From Candidatus Saccharimonadota bacterium (lineage in GTDB: Bacteria; Patescibacteriota; Patescibacteriia; 2-12-FULL-60-25): a stretch of 32,000 bases of DNA. Within the stretch, counting starts at the first letter, position 1, and each line of letters begins with the position of its first letter. Positions 7,631 through 15,399 of the stretch are shown piece after piece. The position numbers and the translations under genes were made by a program. The DNA lies in the NCBI GenBank assembly GCA_022843095.1, contig JALHOH010000001.1, positions 60,001 to 92,000 of the forward strand, read 5' to 3'. The notes under the pieces were generated by a model that did no database searches, had not been told where the DNA came from, and was given only the letters and a program-made list of their open reading frames with translations.

Positions 7631-8909
7631 ACAACATGCGGATGAATTGAGACACCGTAGGATCGGTCCGGATGTCGGTCGCGCGCAACGGTCGAAGCAG
7701 ACGAATCCCATCCAACGACCGTGAACGGGAGAGTGCGACATACGTCTGCCCCGCGGCAAACGCGCCTGCACCCAAATCGATCACCACCTGATCAAAGGTC
7801 TTTCCCTGACTTTTATGAATGGTCGTGGCCCACGCGAGGGTGAGCGGAATCTGACGAAAACTCCCCAATGTTTCGCGTCCAAGCGCCCCTTCCGCCACGT
7901 CATACACGCTGCGCGAAAGATTCCAAAGCGAAGGCTCCACGCGCACGGTCGCCCCATCATCGATCGCAACATCCACCCCCTCTTCTTCCACGGCCTCCAC
8001 CGTCCCAAGCGTCCCGTTTACCCAGCGACCCGCCGTATCGTTCTGCACAAACATCACGCGCGCGCCCTTCTTGAGCGTCAGTTCGGCATCTGTCGGTAAA
8101 TCACGCTCTGAAAATCGTCCAGAAATCATGGCAGAATAGGTGCGCCCTTTGCTTTTGAGTCCACGCATCCGGGTTGCGTTGATCGCATCGGCCTGCGCAT
8201 TGGTCGCGGTCAGCACAATCGCTTCTTTCGGCGTTTTTTTGGTGGGCTGGTAGCACGCATTCAGCGCCTGAAGCACATTCGGATCGACGCGCCCATCACG
8301 AATCGCATTCAATAATTGCAAAAACTCGGCGTCACGCTGTCGGTAGACCTTTTCCAATTGAATGGTGGTGAAGGCGCCAAAATCCATCAGTTCACGAAAG
8401 ACGTTTGATGAAAAGAAAAACGGCGTGGGATACACCTCGCGCAAGGCATCCTGTTCATCCCGACGCACGACAGGCGGAAGCTGAAGCAAATCGCCGATGA
8501 AAACAACCTTCACGCCGCCAAATGGCACAGACATCCCGCGCGCATTCCGCAAAAACAGATCCATCGCATCCAACAAATCCGCTCGCACCATGGACACTTC
8601 ATCAATAATCAACACATCCGTCGCTCGGTACACGCGTTCCTCTCGCGCAGCACGCCCGCCGTCGATCGCCTCCTTCAACGTGACTCCTGGGGCAAATTTA
8701 AAAAATCGATGGATCGTTTCTCCGCCCACGTTCAACGCGGCGATCCCAGTCGGCGCAAGCACTACGTGATCACGCTTGGTTTCGAGCCGAAATTGGCGCA
8801 GCAAGGTGGATTTTCCGGTCCCGGCGCGCCCAGTCACAAACACATGGCCGTCCGATGATTCCATCGCCGACAGCGCCGCTTCAAACGCCTCCGATCGCTC
8901 AAGAGTCAT
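7629..8909 (-). CDS. Pif1/RecD-like ATP-dependent DNA helicase (SF1B)
   Basis: Walker A VTGRAGTGKST, Walker B VLIIDEVSMV, FIGDLLQLPPV, and the C-terminal ATTIHKSQGKTFDQVVIDL...YVALSRSRS motif typical of Pif1/RecD-family helicases. Confidence 0.8.
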   Translation of the reverse strand: MTLERSEAFEAALSAMESSDGHVFVTGRAGTGKSTLLRQFRLETKRDHVVLAPTGIAALNVGGETIHRFFKFAPGVTLKEAIDGGRAAREERVYRATDVLIIDEVSMVRADLLDAMDLFLRNARGMSVPFGGVKVVFIGDLLQLPPVVRRDEQDALREVYPTPFFFSSNVFRELMDFGAFTTIQLEKVYRQRDAEFLQLLNAIRDGRVDPNVLQALNACYQPTKKTPKEAIVLTATNAQADAINATRMRGLKSKGRTYSAMISGRFSERDLPTDAELTLKKGARVMFVQNDTAGRWVNGTLGTVEAVEEEGVDVAIDDGATVRVEPSLWNLSRSVYDVAEGALGRETLGSFRQIPLTLAWATTIHKSQGKTFDQVVIDLGAGAFAAGQTYVALSRSRSLDGIRLLRPLRATDIRTDPTVSQFIRML

Positions 8910-8921
8910 GACGTCATTCCG

Positions 8922-11138
8922 TTACACCTGCGCGCGCATCTTTTCAACGTCCTCGAGCTTCACAGAAAGCAATTGCGAGACACCATCGTTCCCCATGGTC
9001 ACGCCATACAACACGTTTGCTTGCGCCATGGTCGCACGATTATGCGTCACCACGATGAACTGCGTTTTATCCGCCAGCGTATCGATAATCTCCGCAAACT
9101 TGCGCGAGTTCGCCTCGTCCAACGCCGCATCCACCTCATCCAACACCACAAACGGAGAAGGATTGGTGGCCATAATCGCACAGATAAGCGCGATCGAGGT
9201 CAGCGCACGTTCGCCCCCCGAAAGGAGCGCAATCGCTTTGTTGCGCTTCCCGGGAGGCGTCGCCTGAATTTCGATCCCAGAGACAGCGTCTTCATCCACG
9301 TCTTCCATCACATTCCCCTCGTCATCCGTTTCCGGCTCCGGATGCACTTCAAGAAAGGTCGCGTCTCCCCCTCCGAACAACTTTTTGAAATACTGCGAAA
9401 ACTCCTGATTCAATCGATGAAACGCAACGGTGCTGCGTTCCCGGATGGTTTGGTCCAGTTCCGCGATCACGACTTCCAATCCCTGTATGCTTTCACGCAA
9501 ATCGTCGGTCTGCTTGGACAAAAATGCAAATCGTTCTTTGGTTTCCGCATGTTCTTTGACGGTTTGCGGATCAATGGACCCGATCCATTCCAATTGCGAT
9601 CGAAGACGCTGAATCTTGGCCGAGGTGTCCGCCGAAATCGGAGCAAGTGCATCGGATGTTTCCGCGAGCAACTCCAACTCCTCCTCCAACCGAGGGGTAT
9701 GCATGCGCACATCGGCTAAAAACGCGTCGCGGCGCGTCTCGAGCCGCGCCCGTTCGATGGACGCCTCCGACACGATCCGTTCTGCCGCTCGCGCCTCCTC
9801 ACGCTTCTTGGACAAGGCGTGTTGTGTTTCAAAAATATGCGTCCGCTTCCCCTCCTCTTCTTTGTTCCACGCATCGAGTCGCGCCTCTGCTTCCTGCGTT
9901 TTTGCCGAAACCTGTAACAAGGCCTCCGCGATTTCCGCAAGCTCTTGCTCCATCGCAGGATCCCGCACGTCGGACGACTCCGGCTCCGGCGCGGGACGCT
10001 GCAGCTTGTGCACCAAATCCTCCGTGAAGGAGATAACCTCCTGAATCCCGGCACGAATCGCCGCAAGATCAGGGGCTTCTGACGCAAGCAATGCGTGCAG
10101 GTGTTCATGCTGAACACGCAAACGATCCACCCCTTCGATAATCTTGGAAAGTGGCAATGGAGCCCACGGTTTTTCGGCACGCACGGCGGCGACGGCCTGT
10201 TTGGTTTCCAACCGCATCTGCCGTTCACGCAGCGACGCTTTTTCTGCAGCAAGCGCATCCAGAGTCTGCCGAAGCGCACGAAACCCATCGCCCGGCGGAG
10301 TCTGCTGCTCCATCATGCGCAACGATTGCTCGAGCGTCTGCGCTTCTGTTTCGCGCGCCGCTCGTTCGGCCTCTGCGGCCGCCACCCGCCCCATCGCGAC
10401 ATGCAAGCCATCACGAATCTCACGCCACGTTCGCCCAACATACGCACGTTCAAGCGCGTACAATTCCGTTTCCACCTGTTCTCGCTGGGCCAGGCGTGAA
10501 ACCTGACGCTCGAGCGTCGTGAGACGCGGACCAATCTCCTGCAACACGACCTCGGTTTGTCGTAAATTTTCTCTCGCGGCATCCAATTTGGATTCCGCCT
10601 GTGCGCGCTTTAATTGAAACGGCTTGAGTCCAAACGCCTCATCAAAAAATTCCTTGCGCTCGCCGGGAGAGGCGACCAGCACCGCGTCCACCATCCCCTG
10701 CCCGATCACAGAATACGTACGCTGGCCAATTCCGCACTGCGCAAGCAGTAACACGACATCCTGCAACCGCGCGGGCTGTCGGTTGACTTCGTATTCGGAC
10801 TGTCCATCGCGATACAACCGTCGCGTAATGACGATTTCGGTGCCAAGTTCCGGTTTTTCTTCATTTTCAAGCGTGATGGACACCTCGGCAAACCCGGATC
10901 GCGCGCGCATGTCCGATCCCGTAAAAATCACGTCTTCCGACTTTTTTCCACGCAATAATTTAAGGCTCTGCTCGCCCATCACCCAGCGGAGCGCATCCGC
11001 CGTGTTGGATTTCCCCGAGCCGTTTGGCCCGACAATGGCGGTGATCCCCTGACGCCCGGAGGCATCCGGAACAAACGCGAGCGCCGTTTTTTGCGCAAAC
11101 GTCTTAAAACCCTGCATTTCTAACTGCTTGAGCCGCAT
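8922..11138 (-). CDS. smc: SMC chromosome-condensation ATPase, unusually short (738 aa), no recognisable hinge
   Basis: N-terminus MRLKQLEMQGFKTFA...ITAIVGPNGSGKSNTADALRWVMGEQSLKLLRG. C-terminus LLSGGERALTSIALICAIMATNPSPFVVLDEVDAALDEAN...FIVVTHNRATMAQANVLYGVTM. A heptad-like Ala/Glu/Arg-rich middle lies between them. ATG 11138 was chosen. The 118-codon upstream extension in the track is Arg/Ser-rich and overlaps the neighbouring gene and its terminator. Confidence 0.85.
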   Translation of the reverse strand: MRLKQLEMQGFKTFAQKTALAFVPDASGRQGITAIVGPNGSGKSNTADALRWVMGEQSLKLLRGKKSEDVIFTGSDMRARSGFAEVSITLENEEKPELGTEIVITRRLYRDGQSEYEVNRQPARLQDVVLLLAQCGIGQRTYSVIGQGMVDAVLVASPGERKEFFDEAFGLKPFQLKRAQAESKLDAARENLRQTEVVLQEIGPRLTTLERQVSRLAQREQVETELYALERAYVGRTWREIRDGLHVAMGRVAAAEAERAARETEAQTLEQSLRMMEQQTPPGDGFRALRQTLDALAAEKASLRERQMRLETKQAVAAVRAEKPWAPLPLSKIIEGVDRLRVQHEHLHALLASEAPDLAAIRAGIQEVISFTEDLVHKLQRPAPEPESSDVRDPAMEQELAEIAEALLQVSAKTQEAEARLDAWNKEEEGKRTHIFETQHALSKKREEARAAERIVSEASIERARLETRRDAFLADVRMHTPRLEEELELLAETSDALAPISADTSAKIQRLRSQLEWIGSIDPQTVKEHAETKERFAFLSKQTDDLRESIQGLEVVIAELDQTIRERSTVAFHRLNQEFSQYFKKLFGGGDATFLEVHPEPETDDEGNVMEDVDEDAVSGIEIQATPPGKRNKAIALLSGGERALTSIALICAIMATNPSPFVVLDEVDAALDEANSRKFAEIIDTLADKTQFIVVTHNRATMAQANVLYGVTMGNDGVSQLLSVKLEDVEKMRAQV

Positions 11139-11182
11139 GCAGGCAGGGTACCGCGGACTGCCCCGAATGATAAGAGGGAACG

Positions 11183-11211
11183 TAAAAACCCGCCACAGAT
11201 GTGACGGGTTT
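11183..11211 (-). terminator. intrinsic terminator after gene 11215-12546
   Basis: Stem AAACCCGCCAC / GTGACGGGTTT (one mismatch) with loop AGAT. On the minus strand it is followed by TTTTTA and begins 4 nt after the TAA stop. Confidence 0.6.
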
Positions 11212-11214
11212 CCG

Positions 11215-12546
11215 TTAACGGATCTCCGGACCAACCAGGAGGAGAACGGTTGCACCGACCCCTCCTGCACGCTGGTCTCCGATCGAGCGGAAGTCGGGGC
11301 CCACGATCGCTCGGAGCCCGATGCGGAATCGCGTCCCGCTCGCAGGTCCAAGGAGCGCTCCCGGCTCCACGAATCCACCGACGATATGCGCCGGCAGTCG
11401 ACCCGTTGCCAGGTCGAGGTACTGCATCCCCGCCGCGCCGAACGCGAACGTGAACGCCGTTCGACCGGTGGCGGTCTGACCGCTTGGATCACGCCAGACG
11501 GTCCATCCCGACTGGTAGCGCACCCCCAGCACCTCGTGGAGGTTGAGTTGCGCCTGCGTCATCTGCCCAGAAGGCATGCCGACGCCGATGCCGAAACCGA
11601 CCTGCCCGCTCCAGTGCGCGTTGATCGGGAACGAGAACTCGGGAGCAATGCCGATCGCGCCCGGCGTGAAGTTCAGATATGGCGGGAGCGAAGCTCCGCC
11701 GTAGACCATGAGATTCACGCCCAGATGCTCTCGCATGATCGCGAGGCGGCGATCCGCGAGGTCGAGACGCCGGCTCTGCGTCACGAGCGACCGATTGGTG
11801 AGCTCCTCGCCTTCGCGACGATGCTCCGCCTCCGCGCTCACCAGTTCCGTGGCGCGACGTTCGGCTGCGGCTTGCGCCTCGCCTGCGATCTGCCGCACGG
11901 CGCTTTCACGCAGCGGACGATCGGTCGAGGAACCGAGCTGGCGCATCACCTCGCGCGGGTCGGCGTTTCGCGCCATTCCCGCCGTGCTCCGCGCCAGGAT
12001 TTGCATCTCGGGCGTGAGGCACACGCCTTCCTGAATCCGGCCGCGCTCCATCGGCACGGTCAACTCCGGATCCCACATGCCGCCGATGGCGCGGCAGACC
12101 TGTTCACCGGTGACAGCCGTCACCTGAGACGCAGGCGGATCGCCGGGCGTCGTGACTGCGGCATCCATGGGAGGCGCCACTACCTCCATCGACGCGTCGG
12201 CCACCGGCGCGCTCGCGTCCATCGTGGGCGACCCCGTGACGGGCGGATGCGGATCCTGCAGGTACGGCGCACACCCCGGAAGGGCGGCGCCAGCCGACAG
12301 GAAGCACACGCTGCAATAGTGTTGCGATGCCGGAGGCTCGGGAACGTCCCGGCACTCCGCAAGCGACGCACGCTCGCGCTGGAATTGCTCGAGCGAGACG
12401 CACGCGTTCTCGGCGTGCTCCTGAAGGTACCGCACCACACAGGCACGGACCGGACCCACTCCCGCCGGGGAGAGGGTCTGAGACGACACGGACGACGCTC
12501 CTGCCACAAGGGCAACGAGGATCGTCCAGAACAGTCGCTGGTTCAT
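11215..12546 (-). CDS. exported Cys-containing protein: signal peptide, coiled-coil segment, Gly-rich beta-strand C-terminal domain
   Basis: ATG 12546 is preceded by GGAAGGAG. Signal peptide MNQRLFWTILVALVAGASSVSSQ. There are 8 Cys in the N-terminal half and a charged helical stretch (AGEAQAAAERRATELVSAEAEHRREGEEL). The C-terminal 165 aa have alternating Gly/aromatic strands (AFTFAFGAAGMQYLDL...). Third codon positions are G/C-rich in this frame. Confidence 0.7.
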   Translation of the reverse strand: MNQRLFWTILVALVAGASSVSSQTLSPAGVGPVRACVVRYLQEHAENACVSLEQFQRERASLAECRDVPEPPASQHYCSVCFLSAGAALPGCAPYLQDPHPPVTGSPTMDASAPVADASMEVVAPPMDAAVTTPGDPPASQVTAVTGEQVCRAIGGMWDPELTVPMERGRIQEGVCLTPEMQILARSTAGMARNADPREVMRQLGSSTDRPLRESAVRQIAGEAQAAAERRATELVSAEAEHRREGEELTNRSLVTQSRRLDLADRRLAIMREHLGVNLMVYGGASLPPYLNFTPGAIGIAPEFSFPINAHWSGQVGFGIGVGMPSGQMTQAQLNLHEVLGVRYQSGWTVWRDPSGQTATGRTAFTFAFGAAGMQYLDLATGRLPAHIVGGFVEPGALLGPASGTRFRIGLRAIVGPDFRSIGDQRAGGVGATVLLLVGPEIR

Positions 12547-12685
12547 CTGGACTCCTTCCTTCTGTCTTGAAAAAGAACCCTCAAGTACCGGATTGCCGAT
12601 ACTTAGACCGCCCAGCCGCCGCGCTGTCTGGAGGAGGGACATCGCGTGACTGGGCGATCAAAATACCGCCATCCCAGGACGAATC

Positions 12686-12714
12686 TGCTTACCAAGAAAC
12701 GGGCGTATTGTCAA
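12686..12714 (-). promoter_or_regulatory. putative promoter for gene 11215-12546
   Basis: Minus strand reads CATCCCTTGACAA with TTGACA at 12714-12709, a 17-nt spacer, then TAAGCA (12691-12686). The extended -35 13-mer is shared with 15604-15616. Confidence 0.35.
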
Positions 12715-12812
12715 GGGATGACGCGTGTCGCCCAGAAACGAAAACACCCGCGAGCAATGGCAGAAACCATCCACTCGCGAGTGTCAGACCTCACGCAGCG
12801 CGTGAGGCGAGA

Positions 12813-13928
12813 TCAGCAGGCCGGCGTCCCGTCCAGGTGGATCGTCGGCTTGGTCGTCCCCGAGTTGGGGTCCAAGCACGACCGAATCGGGAGCGTCCCC
12901 GTGGAGCCGTCCGAGTAGGTCACCTCTGCGCGAAGCGCGTTGATGACCGTCCCCGAAGCGGGCCACGACACGTTGTACGAATCCGCCCCGCACACGGTGT
13001 TCATGCGAACGTATCCGCGCCACGGGCCGGGAACACGGAGATCCGCGTTCAAGGGCGAAGGAACCGGGCCGACTTGCGTCGCCCCGAATCCCCACACCGT
13101 GACGCGCGCGCTCGCGCCGCAAGAATTCGGCACCGCACCGGCGTCCACGATGGTCACCGTGAGACGAAGGGGCTCGCGGCCCGCACCAGCGTCCGACGGC
13201 GGAGGCATCATGCCTCCGGTGCAGACACCTGCGGCGCAGGACTGCCCGCTCGCGCAGGAACGACCGCACGTGCCGCAGTTCGCGACGTCCGTGTACGTGT
13301 TGACGCACACGCCGCCACACATCATCTGTCCGCTGGCCGTGCACGTGGGGCTTCCTCCCGTGCAGGCACCGGCGACGCAGGTCTGACCCGCGTTGCAGGC
13401 GCGACCGCAGCCGCCGCAGTGGCTCGCGTTGGTCTGCGTGTTCACGCAGGCACCGCCGCAGGTGGTCTGACCGTCCCCGCAGCCGGGGTTCCCCCCGGTG
13501 CAGATGCCGGCGACGCAGGACTGACCCGCGCTGCAGACGTGACCGCACGTGCCGCAGTGCATGGCGTTGGTCTGGCAATTGACGCAGGCGCCGTTGCAGC
13601 GGGTTTGACCCTCGCCGCACATGACGCTCGCATCGCTCGCGACGCCGCCGTCCGAGGCGACGCAGGCGCGGGTCTGGGTGTTGCACACCTGACCCGCGTT
13701 GCAGTCGCCGTCCGCGCCGCATCCCGCGACGCAGCGACCGTTGTCGCAACGGTTCCCGACGCCGCAGGCGCCGGCCACCATCGTGCACGAGCCGCTCGCG
13801 TCGCCCACCGGCGCCACGTTGGCGTCGGCGTTGCTGCCACCATCGCCGCTGTTGAAGTCGGCGAGGGGGGCGCTGCAGCCGCCCAGAACCATCGAAATCA
13901 CGAACACGAGACCGAAGCGCTTGTTCAT
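12813..13928 (-). CDS. Cys-rich lipoprotein with three tandem 46-aa eight-Cys modules
   Basis: ATG 13928 is preceded by AAGGAG. Lipoprotein signal MNKRFGLVFVISMVLGG|C. I count 38 Cys in 371 aa. The repeat pattern is C-x6/7-C-x3-C-x9-C-x2-C-x3-C-x5-C-x4-C, three times, followed by a C-terminal beta-rich domain of about 120 aa. Third codon positions are strongly G/C-rich in this frame. Confidence 0.8.
   Translation of the reverse strand: MNKRFGLVFVISMVLGGCSAPLADFNSGDGGSNADANVAPVGDASGSCTMVAGACGVGNRCDNGRCVAGCGADGDCNAGQVCNTQTRACVASDGGVASDASVMCGEGQTRCNGACVNCQTNAMHCGTCGHVCSAGQSCVAGICTGGNPGCGDGQTTCGGACVNTQTNASHCGGCGRACNAGQTCVAGACTGGSPTCTASGQMMCGGVCVNTYTDVANCGTCGRSCASGQSCAAGVCTGGMMPPPSDAGAGREPLRLTVTIVDAGAVPNSCGASARVTVWGFGATQVGPVPSPLNADLRVPGPWRGYVRMNTVCGADSYNVSWPASGTVINALRAEVTYSDGSTGTLPIRSCLDPNSGTTKPTIHLDGTPAC
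13212..13625 (-). repeat. three tandem 138-bp coding repeats (eight-Cys modules)
   Basis: aa 102-239 of the lipoprotein: ..MCGEGQTRCNGACVNCQTNAMHCGTCGHVCSAGQSCVAGICTGG / NPGCGDGQTTCGGACVNTQTNASHCGGCGRACNAGQTCVAGACTGG / SPTCTASGQMMCGGVCVNTYTDVANCGTCGRSCASGQSCAAGVCTGG. The period is 46 aa (C104, C150, C196). Confidence 0.85.
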
Positions 13929-14091
13929 CGCTTTCTCCTTCTTTGCTTACTTGTTGAAAAGGTTCGGAACGTGACGCAACCGCGCGTCCGTCCTCCTCTT
14001 GGCGGGACCATCCGTAGATGATCCATCCGAGAGGAGGGGCGCTCGATACCGTATGTACCGAGCGCCCTACCAGCGTTCTTCCCGACCGGCT

Positions 14092-15399
14092 TCAGAACCG
14101 GTCGAGGATGGGGATCGACAGCGTCACCGTCGGGGTGACCTCCGGAGACGACCCCTGGTGCGTAACCTCGCGACCACCATTCGAAGTCATACGAGCGCTG
14201 AACGTGTTCAGCAACCCGCCTACTTCGGCGCCCACCCCGATCTGGAGGCGCCCGGCGCGGAACAAGACCTCCGCGCGACCGTTGAGGGAAAACCCTCGGC
14301 CGCCGGTGTCCTGTTGGACGTTGGCGAACCGCTCCGGCGAGGTGGCGAAGTGCCGCCCCTGGAAGCCGGCGCGGAAGCCGACCGCCGAGCCGCGCGCCAG
14401 GTAGGTCATACCCAGCCCGTACTCGCCGTACCCGACGGCGTTACCGGCGGCGGCGTTGAAGCCTCCACCGCCACCACCGCAGGCGTTGACCTGGATCGAA
14501 CGGTCGGCATTGACGCCGACGTCGACGCAGGCACCCGCTCCACCGAAGGCCGTGACGCCCCCGAGGCGAGCCTCGAGCGGGATCATCACGCCGCCGGAAA
14601 CGAACGGGCGGACGTCGATGCGCTCGGCGAACGAACCACCAGCCGGAGCGGGACGCTCACGGAGGTCACGGAGATCGTTGCAGATCGGCATCTCCGGATG
14701 CAGCTCGCAGCTGATCATCGGGAAGACACCCGCAACCGCACGATTCATCATTTCCTCCACCTGCGCGAGAGTGAGACCCCCCGCGCTTCCGGGCCGAGCC
14801 ATGAGCGCGGTGATCGCCGCGTTCATGCGCTCGATCTCCGCGTGGAAGTTGCGGCAGCGAGCGAGCCGATCGGCTGGCGCCGGACCCGACTGGGTCGAGA
14901 GCGGCGCGCACAGCGCATCGATCTCGCGCTCCGCATCAGTCACCCGGCCTTCCAGCCGCGTGAGGCGATCGACGATCGCCGTCATCTCGCGACGCAGGGC
15001 GTCGCTCGGAGCCGGAACCGGCGCTCCGCCGACTCCGACGGGCGTGCAGCCCACGAAGACACGGAGGCCTTCGGCCTCCCCACCCGCGGTCGCGACGCGA
15101 CGCGGACGGAAGGTCAGCGACTGCACCGCCGTTCCGGCGGGACACCTCGCACTCGTGCCGGAAATGACCGGCAAGAGCGTCGAGAGACGCGGATGCGCGA
15201 CCGGAGTCGGCGTCCGCGATGCCCGGCACTCGTTGAGCTGCCGACGCGTGTCGCTGAGATCGCTCTCGCACTGCGCCAGCCGCGCATCGGCGGCGGTGCT
15301 GCGAGCTTGCCCCAGAGCCTCGACCGGGGCGACGATGGTCGCCAAGATCGTGAACAGAATCACACGCACCAACTGGTGCAGGAACCGTGCCATCATCAT
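14092..15399 (-). CDS. exported Cys-containing coiled-coil protein with Gly-rich beta C-terminal domain ending in Phe (outer-membrane-barrel-like)
   Basis: ATG triplet at 15399-15391 preceded by GGAAGGAG. Signal/anchor MMMARFLHQLVRVILFTILATIVAPVEALGQ. There are 10 Cys and helical segments (LRREMTAIVDRLTRLEGRVTDAEREIDAL). The C-terminal 180 aa are Gly/aromatic-rich alternating strands (GYGEYGLGMTYLARGSAVGFRAGFQG...VTLSIPILDRF*). Confidence 0.7.
   Translation of the reverse strand: MMMARFLHQLVRVILFTILATIVAPVEALGQARSTAADARLAQCESDLSDTRRQLNECRASRTPTPVAHPRLSTLLPVISGTSARCPAGTAVQSLTFRPRRVATAGGEAEGLRVFVGCTPVGVGGAPVPAPSDALRREMTAIVDRLTRLEGRVTDAEREIDALCAPLSTQSGPAPADRLARCRNFHAEIERMNAAITALMARPGSAGGLTLAQVEEMMNRAVAGVFPMISCELHPEMPICNDLRDLRERPAPAGGSFAERIDVRPFVSGGVMIPLEARLGGVTAFGGAGACVDVGVNADRSIQVNACGGGGGGFNAAAGNAVGYGEYGLGMTYLARGSAVGFRAGFQGRHFATSPERFANVQQDTGGRGFSLNGRAEVLFRAGRLQIGVGAEVGGLLNTFSARMTSNGGREVTHQGSSPEVTPTVTLSIPILDRF

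Noticed and set aside
11139-11492. 118-codon N-terminal extension of smc in the ORF track (start at 11492)
   Set aside because: The extension is Arg/Ser-rich and overlaps the 3' end and terminator of the upstream gene. The canonical SMC N-terminus MRLKQLEMQGFKTFA begins at ATG 11138.
11128-12570. 480-aa plus-strand ORF antisense to the exported-protein gene 11215-12546
   Set aside because: Arg/His/Asp-rich with no features. It is a shadow frame of a GC-rich gene and spans the island terminator and the smc start.
12327-14021. 564-aa plus-strand ORF, with 12784-13788 (-) and 13442-13843 (-), overlapping the Cys-rich lipoprotein gene
   Set aside because: The translations are Arg/Ala/Gly/Pro-rich low-complexity sequence with no signal peptide, motif or ribosome site. 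Long stop-free shadow frames are expected in DNA near 70% GC. The 12813-13928 minus frame has a lipobox, in-register Cys repeats, a Shine-Dalgarno and G/C-rich third positions.
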